From Gemmatimonadaceae bacterium (GTDB lineage Bacteria; Gemmatimonadota; Gemmatimonadetes; Gemmatimonadales; Gemmatimonadaceae): a stretch of DNA of 64,000 nucleotides. Within the stretch, counting starts at the first letter, position 1, and the number at the start of each line of letters is the position of its first letter. Made by a program: the position numbers and the translations under genes. This document shows, one piece after another, positions 45,061 to 56,809 of this stretch. The stretch covers positions 96,001 through 160,000 of the forward strand of contig JBJMOW010000004.1 in assembly GCA_045803545.1 (NCBI GenBank), given 5' to 3'. The notes beneath the pieces are model-generated. The model worked only from the letters and a program-made list of their open reading frames with translations, was not told the origin of the DNA and searched no databases.

Positions 45061-47613
45061 ATGGCACAGCGTCAAACACTTCCCGTTCTCCCGCTAAGGG
45101 GAACGGTAATTTTTCCCGGTTTAACCCAGCCGATCGCGGCAGGACGGCCCTCAACCCTGCGCGCGATCGAGGCTGCACTCAAGGGCGATCGCGTCGTGTT
45201 CGCGGTTGCACAACGCGACAATACCGAAGAGCCCACGGCAGATATTCTGTACTCGATGGGCGTCATAGCGCGCATCGGTCAGATTCAGCGCGGGCTCGGC
45301 GGTGTCCAGTTGCTGCTGCAAGGCGAACAGCGGGCAACCGCTCTTCAATACTCACAAACTGACGGATACCTGAGCGCCGTAATCGTTCCAGCCGAGGAAA
45401 TGACTCCTCAAACGGAAAACGATCCTGCGTTCACCGCGTTACAGAAAGAGACTCGCGAGCGCGCAGCAGAGCTCGGTGAGCGTCGTGGTTTGCCCGAGGA
45501 AGTCGTTCATCAGGTGCTCGACTCTGTAACTGATCCCGGCCGTTTCGCGGATCTCGTTGCTGGCTATATCGAGTTGCCCGTACCCGAAAAGCAGGGACTG
45601 CTGGAAACCCTGAGTGTTGAGGAACGGCTGCGGCGTGTTCTCGTACACGTTCAGCGTCAGGTCGGATTGCTGGAAGCGCAGGAAGATATCAAGTCGCAGG
45701 TGCAGGAAGAGCTCGGTGAACGGCAGCGCGAGATGTACCTCCGCGAGCAGCTGAAAGCGATTCAGAAAGAGCTCGGCGACGATGATTCCAGCAAGGAAAT
45801 CACCGAGCTGCGCGATAAGCTTGCGAAGCTGGAGCTTCCGAAGGAGGCGCGCGCGGAGGTTGAGCGCGAGCTGGGAAGATTGGAGCGCGCCGGTCGCGAG
45901 TCCATGGAAGCACAGGTGATCCGCACCTACCTGGAGTGGATCGCGGAACTTCCGTGGAATAAACGTTCGGACGACCAACTCGATCTCAAGCACGCTGAGA
46001 CCGTGCTTGACGACGATCACTACGGCCTGAAGGACGTCAAGGATCGCGTGCTCGAGTTTCTCGCCGTCCGACAACTGCGCGCATCGCAGCTCGCTGACGA
46101 AGTCGAGAAATCGGGAGAGGTTCCGGCCGCCAAGCTGTTCGACGATCGTGACGAAGCAAATCCATCGTTGATGGTGGGCGAAAAAGCCGACAAGCCGATC
46201 ACCGACAAGGCAGAAGCAAAGTCGCGCGCGATGGCGAAGGGCCCGATTCTTCTTTTCATCGGGCCTCCCGGCGTGGGTAAGACGTCGATTGCGAAATCGA
46301 TCGCCAGATCGCTCGGCCGCGAGTATGTGCGCGTGGCGCTTGGCGGTGCACGAGACGAGGCGGATATCCGCGGACATCGGCGCACCTACGTCGGCGCCCT
46401 GCCGGGTCGCATCATCCAGGGAATGAAGCAGGCCGGAACGAAAAACCCTGTGTTCCTGCTCGACGAAGTCGATAAGCTGGGCACGTCATTCCAGGGCGAT
46501 CCCGCGAGCGCATTGCTCGAAGTACTCGATCCCGCACAAAACGACACCTTCACCGATCACTACCTCGGGATTCCGTTCGATCTGAGTGAAGTGCTGTTCA
46601 TCGCGACCGCGAACTTCGTTCAGAACATTCCGGGTCCGCTACTGGATCGAATGGAGGTGGTCGACTTCGCCGGTTACACGGAGAAGGAGAAGGCGGAGAT
46701 CGCCAAGAAGTATCTCCTGCCTCGTCAGCTCATAGAGTCAGGCTTGAGCGACAAGAACATTACGTTCACTGAAGACGCTATCATGTCGGTGGTGTCGAAC
46801 TACACTCGCGAGAGCGGAGTTCGACAGCTCGAACGCCAGATTGGTGCGGTTGCGCGCAAGCTGGCTCGAAAGATCGCCGCGAGTGAAGACGTACAACACA
46901 TTGTCGACGCCGAGGCAGTTCGCGACTTACTTGGGCGGCCGCGGGTTCATCCCGAGCATGCATTGGCCGAGAGCGAAGTCGGCATTGCGACGGGCATGTA
47001 CTACACGCCGATGGGCGGGGACATCATGTTCGTCGAAGCGTCGATTCGCCGATACTATGGTAATCGCCAAACCGACGGCCCAGAGACAGTGGGGCCTGGC
47101 GGTGCTGTATCGCTGATCCTAACTGGCCAGCTCGGCGACGTCATGAAGGAGTCGGCGCGCGCGGCATTCACTTATGCAACGAACAATGCGGCATTGCTGG
47201 GCATTCCGCGTGACAGGTTGGGCGCGATCGAAGCGCACATCCACGTGCCCGCGGGCGCGATCCCCAAGGACGGACCGTCCGCCGGAATTGCGATTGCGAC
47301 AGCGCTTGTTTCGGAGATGTCTGAGCGCCCGATAAGACAGGAAGTAGCGATGACAGGGGAGATAACGCTTCGCGGTCGTGTGCTTCCAATTGGCGGACTG
47401 AAGGAGAAGGTCCTCGGCGCGCACCGCGCCGGGATCAAGACCATCGTTCTGCCCAAGGGAAACGAAGCCGATATCGAGGATGTTCCGGAAGAAGTGCGGA
47501 ACGTGCTCGACTTCCATCCGGTCGAGACGCTGCAGCAGGTGCTCGAGATAGCACTGGTGCCGGCCGAGCCCGGCGAACAGGCGCCCCCGCTGGAGATGAA
47601 AGAAGTCGCTTAG
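45061..47613 (+). CDS. lon: ATP-dependent protease La
   Basis: LPLRG N-domain, GPPGVGKTS, RGHRRTYVGA, PKDGPSAG, IGGLKEK. Confidence 0.98.
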   Translation: MAQRQTLPVLPLRGTVIFPGLTQPIAAGRPSTLRAIEAALKGDRVVFAVAQRDNTEEPTADILYSMGVIARIGQIQRGLGGVQLLLQGEQRATALQYSQTDGYLSAVIVPAEEMTPQTENDPAFTALQKETRERAAELGERRGLPEEVVHQVLDSVTDPGRFADLVAGYIELPVPEKQGLLETLSVEERLRRVLVHVQRQVGLLEAQEDIKSQVQEELGERQREMYLREQLKAIQKELGDDDSSKEITELRDKLAKLELPKEARAEVERELGRLERAGRESMEAQVIRTYLEWIAELPWNKRSDDQLDLKHAETVLDDDHYGLKDVKDRVLEFLAVRQLRASQLADEVEKSGEVPAAKLFDDRDEANPSLMVGEKADKPITDKAEAKSRAMAKGPILLFIGPPGVGKTSIAKSIARSLGREYVRVALGGARDEADIRGHRRTYVGALPGRIIQGMKQAGTKNPVFLLDEVDKLGTSFQGDPASALLEVLDPAQNDTFTDHYLGIPFDLSEVLFIATANFVQNIPGPLLDRMEVVDFAGYTEKEKAEIAKKYLLPRQLIESGLSDKNITFTEDAIMSVVSNYTRESGVRQLERQIGAVARKLARKIAASEDVQHIVDAEAVRDLLGRPRVHPEHALAESEVGIATGMYYTPMGGDIMFVEASIRRYYGNRQTDGPETVGPGGAVSLILTGQLGDVMKESARAAFTYATNNAALLGIPRDRLGAIEAHIHVPAGAIPKDGPSAGIAIATALVSEMSERPIRQEVAMTGEITLRGRVLPIGGLKEKVLGAHRAGIKTIVLPKGNEADIEDVPEEVRNVLDFHPVETLQQVLEIALVPAEPGEQAPPLEMKEVA

Positions 47614-47636
47614 CGGGAGGCGGGAGGCGGGAGGCG
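47614..47636 (+). repeat. (CGGGAGG)x3 heptamer tandem repeat
   Basis: Directly after the lon stop; same unit as the arms at 1265 and 27147. Confidence 0.75.
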
Positions 47637-47649
47637 TCTCAGCCAATGC

Positions 47650-47681
47650 AAAAAGGGGAAGCCACATGGCTTCCTCTTTTT
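47650..47681. terminator. bidirectional intrinsic terminator
   Basis: aaaaa-ggggaagcca-ca-tggcttcctc-ttttt between convergent genes. Confidence 0.8.
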
Positions 47682-47697
47682 GCTTTCGCAGGCGGGT

Positions 47698-48192
47698 TTA
47701 GGGAACTACTTCAAACACGTTCGTGGCCGCGCGGACGCTGAGAGCGGCGGTCCCGTCGTCACCACCGACATATACCTGGAACCGGATTCTATACTGGTTC
47801 TCGGGATCGGTAAAACGGAAACCCGAGTATTGAGGGGGCGTGTCGGCGATCGACATCGAAACAGTCTCAGTCGCGCCAGGTTGGATTGGGCTATCGACGA
47901 AATTGGCTAGACATACAGGAGACCATATATCCTCCCAGCCTGCTCCGTGGAATCGTTCGAGAGACTCACTGCACCACCCTCGTGTGATCACTTTGGATGT
48001 GGAGTTCTTGATCTTCACCTCTACTGCGATCTGCCTGTACCCTGCGTCCGTCACGTTAGTGAAATGGACGGTGACCGGCGCCGTAATGGTCAAGCCAATC
48101 ACATCTACTGGCGCGGTGGAATCTCCACAGCCCACGGCCATCACTCCAGTAAGAGCGATTGCCACGCCAACTGCAAACCGGCGAGTTTTCAC
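47698..48192 (-). CDS. hypothetical beta-rich lipoprotein
   Basis: Lipobox AVGC; two further Cys. Confidence 0.75.
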   Translation of the reverse strand: MKTRRFAVGVAIALTGVMAVGCGDSTAPVDVIGLTITAPVTVHFTNVTDAGYRQIAVEVKIKNSTSKVITRGWCSESLERFHGAGWEDIWSPVCLANFVDSPIQPGATETVSMSIADTPPQYSGFRFTDPENQYRIRFQVYVGGDDGTAALSVRAATNVFEVVP

Positions 48193-48283
48193 TCCAACCT
48201 CTCTCTGACAATGGTTGCAACCATAGGGTTCTCCCGTCGACGACGTTATTTGGCAACTGAGGGCATCAAGGCCCCGCCGGCCG

Positions 48284-50320
48284 CTAAAAAATCACCGGCC
48301 CCCAACTAAATAGCTTCCACGGATCGGCGCGCAAGGGCGGTGGTTCCGTCCCCTCCACGAAATACTCGGTGTAATGTTCGTCAGCCGGCGTTTGATCGGT
48401 AGCGAGTTGTCCGGTCTCGCGATCGAAGTCGCCGTAAATGACTCCAGTGGGTGGCACCCACTGATCCGCCGAGCGAGTGAGGAGATCTGGTTTGGACGCG
48501 TAATAGCGCGCAACCATTTTCCCCCATACCGGCGCTGCCAGCGATCCACCAGCAGCCCCTGGCGCAATCGATGTCGGCTTATCGAAGCCGAGCCACACGC
48601 CCGCGACAACGTCGGGGGTGAGTCCGACAAACCACACATCGGAGTTGTCGTTGGTGGTCCCCGTTTTCCCAGCCGCCGGCACGGAACGCGGAAGGTACCT
48701 GCGAATGCTCGCGGCGGTCCCACGCTCGACGACGTCGCGCATCATATCGCGCACGACGTATGTCACGCGTGGATCGAGCGCGGGTGCCAGCGCGCGGACT
48801 TCGCGCGAGAACACGATTTTGCGATTGCGGTCTTCTATTCGATAGATGAATCGCGGCTCGACCGGCGTACCGAGATTCGCAAATGTCGTGTACGCTGCAA
48901 TCAGGTTGAGTGGCTGGACGACTGAAGCGCCAATCGCGCTGGAGGGGTAAGGTGCGATCGGCGTGGTGATTCCCATCCGGTACGCCAGCTGCGCGACGGA
49001 ATCCATACCGAGCTTCATCGCAACCTGCACCGCCACAACATTGCGCGACATCGCGAGCGCGTCACGAAGACTGATGTCGCCGAGGAACTTGCTGTCGGAA
49101 TTTTCCGGCCTGTAGACCGTCTTGTTCGGCAGAGTGATTGCCAGCGCAGTATCCGCGAACCGCGCGTTTGGCGGAATGCTGTCGGCAATCGCCGCGGCAT
49201 AAACGATCGGCTTGAACGACGACCCCGGCTGACGCAGCCCGTCGATGGCGCGATCGAATTGCGAATCGTTGTAATCGCGACCACCGACCAGGGCGCGAAC
49301 ATCGCCTGACGCCGGGTCGAGGGCGACGACCAACCCCTGCAGATAATCCGTCGGTTTGCCGGAGCGCGTCAATCCTTTCGGTGGATTGTACTTCGGATGC
49401 GCGTAGTCCGGGTCCGACTCCAGCGCCGCGGTTTCTTCCTGCAACGCGGTCACAGCAGCGTTTTGCAGCACTGGATCGAGACCGGTGTAGATGCGATAGC
49501 CGCCCTGCATCACCGGAATACCTGCGCGCGTTGCCTGAATGCGAACGACGTCGACGTACCATGGCGAGGGCGCCGAGTATCCACCGTTGGGTTGCGTAAC
49601 GAGAGAAGACGACTGCGCCGCCTTTGCCTGCGACTGCGTAATGAATCCCTGATCCGCCATCAGCGCCAAAACGACATTTCGACGCTGGCGCACGCGATCC
49701 GGATATTTCAGTGGGTCGTACAGGGCGGGGCCTTTCGGCATCGCAGCCAATGCAGCTGCTTCGGCGAGCGTGAGGCTGGCGGCGGGTTTGCCGAAATAGT
49801 GGCGGGCGGCACTTTCTACACCGTACCAGCCGTGTCCGAACGAAATCTGATTGAGATACCCCTCGAGGATCTGGTCTTTGCTGTAGTGCCGCTCCATCTC
49901 TCGCGCCGCAGCCTGTTCGTCGAGCTTGCGTCCGAGACTGCGATCGGTGCGATCGATGAGCGTCGGATGCATGTTGCCCACGAGCTGCTGGGTGATGGTG
50001 CTGGCGCCACGCCGCTCGCCGAAGATGTTGTCCTTGAGCGCGCCGGCGATGCCGACTACGTCGACGCCATCGTGTTGATAGAAGCGATGGTCCTCGACAG
50101 CAACGAATGCCTGGCCAACGTATTTCGGCAGCGTACGGATGGAGATGCTGGTGCGAATCTCTTTACCGATCTCACCGATCAGCGAGCCGTCACGGGCGTA
50201 GACGAGCGACGCCTGGGGTTGGGGGACGATCGTCCAAGCCGCGGTGTCGGCTGTGGTCGTGCCCTGCGCGACGACGAGCGATGGGGTCAGGATCGAGAGT
50301 GCAAGCAGCAGTCGGCGCAA
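48284..50320 (-). CDS. class A penicillin-binding protein (PBP1A family)
   Basis: EDHRFYQH, GASTITQQL; SxxK (GSSFK), SRN, KTG. Confidence 0.95.
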   Translation of the reverse strand: MRRLLLALSILTPSLVVAQGTTTADTAAWTIVPQPQASLVYARDGSLIGEIGKEIRTSISIRTLPKYVGQAFVAVEDHRFYQHDGVDVVGIAGALKDNIFGERRGASTITQQLVGNMHPTLIDRTDRSLGRKLDEQAAAREMERHYSKDQILEGYLNQISFGHGWYGVESAARHYFGKPAASLTLAEAAALAAMPKGPALYDPLKYPDRVRQRRNVVLALMADQGFITQSQAKAAQSSSLVTQPNGGYSAPSPWYVDVVRIQATRAGIPVMQGGYRIYTGLDPVLQNAAVTALQEETAALESDPDYAHPKYNPPKGLTRSGKPTDYLQGLVVALDPASGDVRALVGGRDYNDSQFDRAIDGLRQPGSSFKPIVYAAAIADSIPPNARFADTALAITLPNKTVYRPENSDSKFLGDISLRDALAMSRNVVAVQVAMKLGMDSVAQLAYRMGITTPIAPYPSSAIGASVVQPLNLIAAYTTFANLGTPVEPRFIYRIEDRNRKIVFSREVRALAPALDPRVTYVVRDMMRDVVERGTAASIRRYLPRSVPAAGKTGTTNDNSDVWFVGLTPDVVAGVWLGFDKPTSIAPGAAGGSLAAPVWGKMVARYYASKPDLLTRSADQWVPPTGVIYGDFDRETGQLATDQTPADEHYTEYFVEGTEPPPLRADPWKLFSWGPVIF

Positions 50321-50359
50321 CGGTTGATTGTACCTCAACGCTATGGCAACTTCCGATAG

Positions 50360-52231
50360 ATGGATCGTCTCATTCATCTCGTCGTGGTTCAGTTCAAGCC
50401 GCGCAAAGGCGACTATGCTGCCAACCTCGCCCGCCTGGCCGGCATCTTCTCACAAATCGACAATCTAGATCCTCGACCTGATATAGCAGTCTTCTCCGAG
50501 ACGGCGCTGACCGGCTACTTCGTGGAAGGAGGCGTCCGCGACGTAGCATTGACCGCCGGCGCGCTGGCTCGCGATCTCAACGCGCAATACCTCGCGGCAG
50601 TTAATACACCGCGGCCCCTCGATGTTTGCATCGGGTTCTACGAGGTGTGGAACAACGCATTCTATAATAGCGCGCTCTATGTGACGCTGGGAACCGACGA
50701 GCCGGTAATAAGACACGTCCACCGCAAGCTGTTCCTGCCGACCTACGGGCTGTTCGACGAGGAGAGGTTTGTCGACCGCGGGTTCGAAGTCCGCGCATTC
50801 GACACCGATTGGGGCCGAGCCGCGATGCTGATCTGCGAAGACGCGTGGCACAGCCTCACCGGAACCGTTGCCGCGCTGGATGGGGCGACGATGATTTTCG
50901 TCGTCTCGGCGTCGCCGGGGCGCGGCGTATGGCCGCGCGAAGGCGAGGGTCCGGTGCCGGCAAATCTCAAGCGGTGGGAGCGACTGGCGCGCGACATCGC
51001 CGAAGAGCACGGCGTGTTCGTGGCGCTCGTCAATCTCGTCGGCACAGAAGGTGGGAAAACTTTTGCTGGCGGCTCGATTATCTGCGGGCCGCACGGTGAC
51101 GTGCGCGCACAGGCGCCGCTTTGGGATGAGGCGATGCTCACCATCTCGCTGGATCCGCAGGATTTGACGCGCGCACGGTCCGATGTGCCGTTGCTAACCG
51201 ATCTGCAGACGATGATGCCGCATTTGATGCGGAACGTCGATCGCATTCAGGCAGGTGAAAAACGAGAGCTCGGCTACGATGAGGAGCGGACAGATCCCGG
51301 CCCGCTCACTCCGCCCGCGGAGTCTCAGCCAACAACGAAGTCGAAGAAAACTGCCGCGGCGAGCCGAAATGGAAGCGACCCGATCACGGTGCTGCGCGCG
51401 CCGTCGACGCAGGCTGGCCCGCCGCCGATCGACATCGATCCCGAGCTGACGGCAAAGTGGCTCATCGCATTTCTGCGCGAGGAGTTCGAGCGCAGGAATT
51501 TTAGCCGCGCAGTTGTTGGTCTGTCCGGCGGTGTCGATTCCGCGGTCACGAGTTTCCTCGCCGCCGAAGCTCTCGGAGCGGAAAACGTGCTCGCGGTGAG
51601 AATGCCGTATCGCACCTCCAACCCCGATTCCCTCGCACACGCGCAGCTGGTAGTTGACGCCCTTGGCGTGAAGTCGCGGACCATCGACATCAGTCCGGCG
51701 GTCGATGGCTATCTGTCGAATGAGCCGGATGCGGATCCAGCTCGCCGCGGCAACGTGATGGCCCGCGAACGCATGATCATACTGTTCGACCAGTCGGCGA
51801 AGTGTCACGCACTTCCTGTCGGTACGGGCAACAAGACCGAGCGACTGCTAGGCTATTTCACCTGGCACGCCGATGATTCGCCACCAATCAATCCGCTCGG
51901 CGATCTATTCAAAACCCAGGTGTGGCAGCTCGCCAAATTCCTCGGCGTGCCGGAAGTGATCGTGAAAAAGCCGGCATCGGCCGATCTCATCGAAGGGCAG
52001 ACCGATGAAGGAGATTTCGGCATCAGCTATCCAGAGGCCGATCAAATCCTCAATTGGCTGATCAGCGGCTACAGTCCCGCGGCGCTAGCCGCTCGCGACT
52101 TCGATCCGCACAAAGTCGAGATCGTGCGCAAGCGGCTCGCCGGCACACACTGGAAGCGGAAATTGCCGACGGTCGCACTACTCAGTCCGACGGGAATCGG
52201 CGAATCGTATTTGAGGCCGGTCGACTACTGA
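50360..52231 (+). CDS. nadE: glutamine-dependent NAD+ synthetase
   Basis: Nitrilase domain (HRK.LPTY..FDE.RF, ICED) plus [22 protein letters not shown]. Confidence 0.95.
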   Translation: MDRLIHLVVVQFKPRKGDYAANLARLAGIFSQIDNLDPRPDIAVFSETALTGYFVEGGVRDVALTAGALARDLNAQYLAAVNTPRPLDVCIGFYEVWNNAFYNSALYVTLGTDEPVIRHVHRKLFLPTYGLFDEERFVDRGFEVRAFDTDWGRAAMLICEDAWHSLTGTVAALDGATMIFVVSASPGRGVWPREGEGPVPANLKRWERLARDIAEEHGVFVALVNLVGTEGGKTFAGGSIICGPHGDVRAQAPLWDEAMLTISLDPQDLTRARSDVPLLTDLQTMMPHLMRNVDRIQAGEKRELGYDEERTDPGPLTPPAESQPTTKSKKTAAASRNGSDPITVLRAPSTQAGPPPIDIDPELTAKWLIAFLREEFERRNFSRAVVGLSGGVDSAVTSFLAAEALGAENVLAVRMPYRTSNPDSLAHAQLVVDALGVKSRTIDISPAVDGYLSNEPDADPARRGNVMARERMIILFDQSAKCHALPVGTGNKTERLLGYFTWHADDSPPINPLGDLFKTQVWQLAKFLGVPEVIVKKPASADLIEGQTDEGDFGISYPEADQILNWLISGYSPAALAARDFDPHKVEIVRKRLAGTHWKRKLPTVALLSPTGIGESYLRPVDY

Positions 52232-52292
52232 GCCTTACAGGAGACAGCGCCCGCCTTATGTAGTTAAGTCTCGATCTGCTATTTTGAATCAT

Positions 52293-54413
52293 ATGGCGAC
52301 TCGAACCATTCCAGACCGGAAAACCGCCGGAACACCCAGTGCGCGGCTGTCCCCTCAGCAGCTGGTTGCCGCCTACAAGAACATGTTTCTGTCACGAAGG
52401 CTGGACGACAAGGAAGTCCAGCTGAAGGGGCAAAACAAAATCTTTTTCCAAATCTCGGGCGCAGGTCACGAGGCGATTTTGACCGCCGCTGGGATGGTCT
52501 GCAAGTCGGCCTACGACTGGTTCTATACATACTATCGCGATCGCGCTCTTTGTCTCGAGCTGGGCGTAACACCGGCTGAGATGCTGTACGAGGCAGTCGG
52601 CGCAGCGATCGATCCGGCCTCGGGCGGGCGGCAGATGCCCAGTCACTGGGGCCACAAGAAGTACAACATCGTCTCCGCGTCGTCACCGACCGGCACTCAG
52701 TTCCTGCAGGGCGTTGGTTCGGCAGAGGCAACGCTGCGCGCGAAGCTGCTCGGGATCACCGAGGGTTTCCAGAAGGACGAAGTGGTGTTCATATCGACGG
52801 GTGAAGGCCAGACGAGCGAGGGCGAGTTCTGGGAGTCGCTCAACACCGCCTGCAATCTGAAACTGCCCGCGGTTTATCTGGTCGAGGACAACGGCTACGC
52901 GATCTCGGTGCCGGTCGAGGTGAACACCGCGGGCGGTAGCATTTCAAAGCTCGTACGGTCGTTCCCCAATCTTCTCGTCGAGGAGGTTGACGGATGCGAC
53001 CTCCTTGCGAGCTACGACGTGATGCAACGCGCAGTCGATTACGCGAGACAGAGAAAAGGGCCGGCACTGGTGCATGCAAAGGTAATCCGGCCCTATTCGC
53101 ATTCGTTATCGGACGACGAGAAGCTCTATCGCCCGCCCGCAGAGCGCGAGGCTGATGCGGCGCGCGATCCCGTCACGCAGTTCCCGAAGTGGCTGCTAAG
53201 TGAAGGGCATGCTACCCAAGACGACATCAAGCAGATTCAGGAAGAGGTCGACAGGATCGTGCTCGCGGCGACCGACGACGCGCTGGCGCAGCCGCAGCCG
53301 GGACCAGAAACGGTCTACTTCGGCGTTTACTCGCCGGATGTCGATCCGACAGGCGAACAGTTCGACACGGAGGACGATCCGCAGTTCTCCGGTGACCCGA
53401 CCACGATGGTCGATCTGCTAAACGCGTGCATGCGCGATGAGATGCGTCGCGACCAGAAAATCGTTGTCTTCGGCCAGGATGTCGCTGACGTGTCGCGCGA
53501 GGAACACCTCGACAAGGTCAAAGGAAAGGGTGGCGTGTTCAAAGTGACCTGGCGACTGCAGAAGGAGTTCGGCAGCGCTCGCGTCTACAACTCACCGCTC
53601 GCGGAGGCGAACATCGTCGGTCGCGCAATCGGACTCGCCGTGCGCGGATTCAAGCCAGTCGTCGAAGTCCAGTTCTTCGATTACATCTGGACCGCCTATA
53701 TGCAGCTGCGAGACGAGCTCGCAACGATGCGTTGGCGGTCGAACAACAATTTCTCGGCGCCCGTCGTAGTGCGCACGACCTACGGTGGTTACATCCGCGG
53801 TGCGATCTATCACTCGCAAACCGGCGCGACTCTGTTCACGCACTGCCCCGGATTGCGCGTGGTTTGTCCGGCGACAGCGCTCGATGCAAATGGGCTGTTG
53901 CGCACGGCGATCCGTTGCGACGATCCGGTGCTATTTCTCGAGCACAAGCATCTCTACCGACAGACTTACAACAAGTCGCCCTACCCAGGGCCGAACTTCA
54001 TGATTCCGTTCGGCAAAGCCAAGGTTCTTCGCGAAGGCAGCGACGTTACCGTCGTCACCTATGGGGCTACGGTGCAGCGCGCGGTGGTCGCAGCCAACGC
54101 GGTGGCCGACCAGGGCATCTCGGTGGAGGTGATCGACCTACGCACGCTCAGCCCGTGGGATAGAGAGGCCGTTTTTGAATCAGTCAAGAAGACTTCACGC
54201 GTCATCGTCGCCTACGAAGATTCGAAATCGTGGGGCTTTGGCGCGGAGATCTCCGCGTCGATCGCGGACGAATGCTTTGCGTGGCTCGATGCGCCCGTGA
54301 AACGGGTCGCATCGGCCGATACCTTCGTCGGTTACGCCCCTCGTCTCGAAGACGCGATTCTGCCGCAGGTCGACGACTTCAAGAAAGCGTACGAAGAGAT
54401 CGTGAAGTTTTAA
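52293..54413 (+). CDS. 2-oxoacid (branched-chain-type) dehydrogenase E1, fused alpha/beta
   Basis: [30 protein letters not shown] motif, [15 protein letters not shown]. Confidence 0.93.
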   Translation: MATRTIPDRKTAGTPSARLSPQQLVAAYKNMFLSRRLDDKEVQLKGQNKIFFQISGAGHEAILTAAGMVCKSAYDWFYTYYRDRALCLELGVTPAEMLYEAVGAAIDPASGGRQMPSHWGHKKYNIVSASSPTGTQFLQGVGSAEATLRAKLLGITEGFQKDEVVFISTGEGQTSEGEFWESLNTACNLKLPAVYLVEDNGYAISVPVEVNTAGGSISKLVRSFPNLLVEEVDGCDLLASYDVMQRAVDYARQRKGPALVHAKVIRPYSHSLSDDEKLYRPPAEREADAARDPVTQFPKWLLSEGHATQDDIKQIQEEVDRIVLAATDDALAQPQPGPETVYFGVYSPDVDPTGEQFDTEDDPQFSGDPTTMVDLLNACMRDEMRRDQKIVVFGQDVADVSREEHLDKVKGKGGVFKVTWRLQKEFGSARVYNSPLAEANIVGRAIGLAVRGFKPVVEVQFFDYIWTAYMQLRDELATMRWRSNNNFSAPVVVRTTYGGYIRGAIYHSQTGATLFTHCPGLRVVCPATALDANGLLRTAIRCDDPVLFLEHKHLYRQTYNKSPYPGPNFMIPFGKAKVLREGSDVTVVTYGATVQRAVVAANAVADQGISVEVIDLRTLSPWDREAVFESVKKTSRVIVAYEDSKSWGFGAEISASIADECFAWLDAPVKRVASADTFVGYAPRLEDAILPQVDDFKKAYEEIVKF

Positions 54414-55270
54414 TTGGGTGGGATCGCGCCGCCTGATTGAGGCTGCTGGACGTTGAGACTCGACATATCGAGCGCCTTGTAGCTGGCCGGCACCTCGAAC
54501 GCTTTTGGATCCGCAGCAACCCACTTGATGCCGGTGACGACCGCGTCCGTGTTAGTGACGCGCGGCGGCATCCCGGCAATCGTCATCGTCGCCGAGCTGG
54601 TCGCCTTGAGCGGAGTCGCTTTCGGAAGCTTTGCCTGCGCCGCTTTCATCTTCTCGGCGAACTCTTTGCTCGATCCGCTCAGTGTTGAAGCCATGTCGGC
54701 GCCGCTGAAGCTCGCGAACGGATTCACCGAGCCCTTGATGTCTGTCGCGTAGTAATAGTCGGACGTGGTCGCGATAGTAACGGTCTGCTGTTGACCCATG
54801 GCGTCGATGTTCATGGTCAGCCCGGTCCCGATTCTGTAATGAGTTGTCGGATGGCCGAGTATCGCCGGGCCGGCGCCGAGGCTGTCTACCGTCGCTTTGG
54901 TGTTGCTGAGGTTCATCTTCATGCCCATCTGCTGCGACTGCGCAAACATTTCCGCCGGACGCATCCGGATGTATCGACTGCCCTTGGTGTCGAGATAGGT
55001 CACCGTCTTCCCGCTGTCGCTGAGGATCATCGACATGGCGCCGTCGGCAGCCAGCGGTGAGACCTGCGCGCCGGCGCCTTTCATCGTCAGATCCATGCGC
55101 ACTTTGTCACCACTGCCGACGGCGTGACCGACGATGACTCCTGAGTCGGGCGTGCCAGCGACGGTCACGGTCGTGCGGAAATCAATCGCCAGGTTCTGAC
55201 TCTGCGCGTTTATTGCCATCGGCGCCAGCGTGACCAAAGCACAGCTCAGCGCGCGCGATGTGAACCTCAT
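54410..55270 (-). CDS. secreted hypothetical protein (DUF4412-like)
   Basis: Signal peptide; [10 protein letters not shown]-terminal FEVPASYK. Confidence 0.7.
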   Translation of the reverse strand: MRFTSRALSCALVTLAPMAINAQSQNLAIDFRTTVTVAGTPDSGVIVGHAVGSGDKVRMDLTMKGAGAQVSPLAADGAMSMILSDSGKTVTYLDTKGSRYIRMRPAEMFAQSQQMGMKMNLSNTKATVDSLGAGPAILGHPTTHYRIGTGLTMNIDAMGQQQTVTIATTSDYYYATDIKGSVNPFASFSGADMASTLSGSSKEFAEKMKAAQAKLPKATPLKATSSATMTIAGMPPRVTNTDAVVTGIKWVAADPKAFEVPASYKALDMSSLNVQQPQSGGAIPPN

Positions 55271-55359
55271 CCTCTGCATCCTGATTTGGTGTTGAAGCAA
55301 TTGCGGAATCGCCGTCGAGAGACGTTTCGCCAACAATAAGGGTAACCCGAAGGCGCCGA

Positions 55360-56292
55360 TTAGTGCCCCGTCCGCGGCCATTTGATCGATGCTACGATAG
55401 AGGATGCAAGAACGAGGGCCACAACACCCAAAGAGATCCCAATTGGAATGTGGAACACCCCCTCGAGCAGCATCTTGGCGCCGATGAATACCAGGACCAT
55501 CGAAAGGCCGAGCTTAAGATAAACGAACTTGTCGACAATGCCGGCGAGCAGGAAATACAGCGCGCGCAATCCGAGCACTGCGCAGATGTTCGACGTGTAG
55601 ACGATGAACGGATCGCGCGTGACGGCAAAAATTGCGGGAATGGAATCAGTCGCAAACACGATGTCGGTGGTGTCGACGATCAGCAGCACAATGAAGAGTG
55701 GCGTTGCGGCGAGGTGACTGGTTCCGTCGGGGCGCTGCTCGCGCACGAAGAATTTCTTGCCGTGGTATTCCTTGGTAACCGGTACGAGCTTGCGCGCGGC
55801 GCGGAGTACCGGATCCCGCTCGGGATTGTAGGCCGCGTCGTCTTTCTGCAGGGCCATGCGGATGCCGGTGAAGACGAGAAATGCTCCGAAGATGTATAGG
55901 GTCCAGGCAAAGCGCGTCACCAGCGCTGAGCCCGCTACGATCATCACACCTCGGAGAACGAGCGCACCGATGATTCCCCAAAAAAGAACCCGGTGCTGGT
56001 ATTTCTCGGGGACGCCGAAATAAGTGAAGATCAATACGAAGACGAAGATGTTGTCCACTGACAGCGCGTACTCGATCAAGTAGCCGGTGAGAAACTCCAG
56101 TCCCGACTGCTTGCCCATCGTGAGATAGATCGCCAGGGCAAAGCAAAGCGACAGAGCCACCCAGATTCCGCTCCAGACCGCGGCTTCGCGCAACGAAACT
56201 TTTTCCGCCTTCCGATGAAGCACGCCGAGGTCCAGCGCGAGAATCGCGAGGACGACGAGGTTAAATCCGATCCAGCCATAGATCGAGTTCAC
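55360..56292 (-). CDS. TerC/Alx family membrane protein
   Basis: EYALSVDNIFVF, YQHRVLFWG, FATDSIPA, YTSNI..LGLRALYF. Confidence 0.95.
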   Translation of the reverse strand: MNSIYGWIGFNLVVLAILALDLGVLHRKAEKVSLREAAVWSGIWVALSLCFALAIYLTMGKQSGLEFLTGYLIEYALSVDNIFVFVLIFTYFGVPEKYQHRVLFWGIIGALVLRGVMIVAGSALVTRFAWTLYIFGAFLVFTGIRMALQKDDAAYNPERDPVLRAARKLVPVTKEYHGKKFFVREQRPDGTSHLAATPLFIVLLIVDTTDIVFATDSIPAIFAVTRDPFIVYTSNICAVLGLRALYFLLAGIVDKFVYLKLGLSMVLVFIGAKMLLEGVFHIPIGISLGVVALVLASSIVASIKWPRTGH

Positions 56293-56328
56293 GGTGCGAC
56301 GCGGCGGCCGTCGTGAAACGCCGGCGCG

Positions 56329-56673
56329 TTACCGACGCTCAAGGGCGTCGCGCACGTCGAGAAGGATCTCGAAGTAGAGTTGCTCTCTGCGGTAAGCGAA
56401 GTCGAGCGTCGCCATTTGAGTCTGGTCTCCGGTGTTTTTTGCGCGCTCGAATGCTTCGCGGTACATCTCATCCAGATTGTCGAGGATTGTGGTGCGACTG
56501 CGTGACATTGCATTGCTCTCCGGGCTCGATTCGCTGCGGTTGTCCACCGACAGGTTGGCGAGACGCTCGAGCGCCGTCTCGGGGTCCTGACCTTCGAAGA
56601 TCAGTTTTTTCGCGGCCCCGAGTACGAGGCGGCGCGGATTGAATGGATTCGAGGGTGGCGGGGGCGGGGTCAC
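56329..56673 (-). CDS. hypothetical protein (start uncertain)
   Basis: 114-aa helical ORF co-oriented with terC; internal Met at MSRSR. Confidence 0.6.
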   Translation of the reverse strand: MTPPPPPSNPFNPRRLVLGAAKKLIFEGQDPETALERLANLSVDNRSESSPESNAMSRSRTTILDNLDEMYREAFERAKNTGDQTQMATLDFAYRREQLYFEILLDVRDALERR

Positions 56674-56755
56674 TGCGAGTGTTACTGGACGAATGGGCGT
56701 GAAAGTTAAAGCAATGCGATGAAGGCGCGCTAATCATGAAATGCGCGTGAAATAC

Positions 56756-56792
56756 AAAAGGGGCGGAGAGACTTGCTTCTCCGCCCCTTTTT
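56756..56792. terminator. intrinsic terminator after the Gly/Ser-rich gene
   Basis: aaaa-ggggcggaga-gacttgct-tctccgcccc-ttttt. Confidence 0.85.
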
Positions 56793-56809
56793 GTTCTTGC
56801 AGCGAGGAT

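Noticed and set aside
56293..56328. yybP-ykoY Mn riboswitch before terC
   Set aside because: The gap is only 36 nt and I see no matching structure
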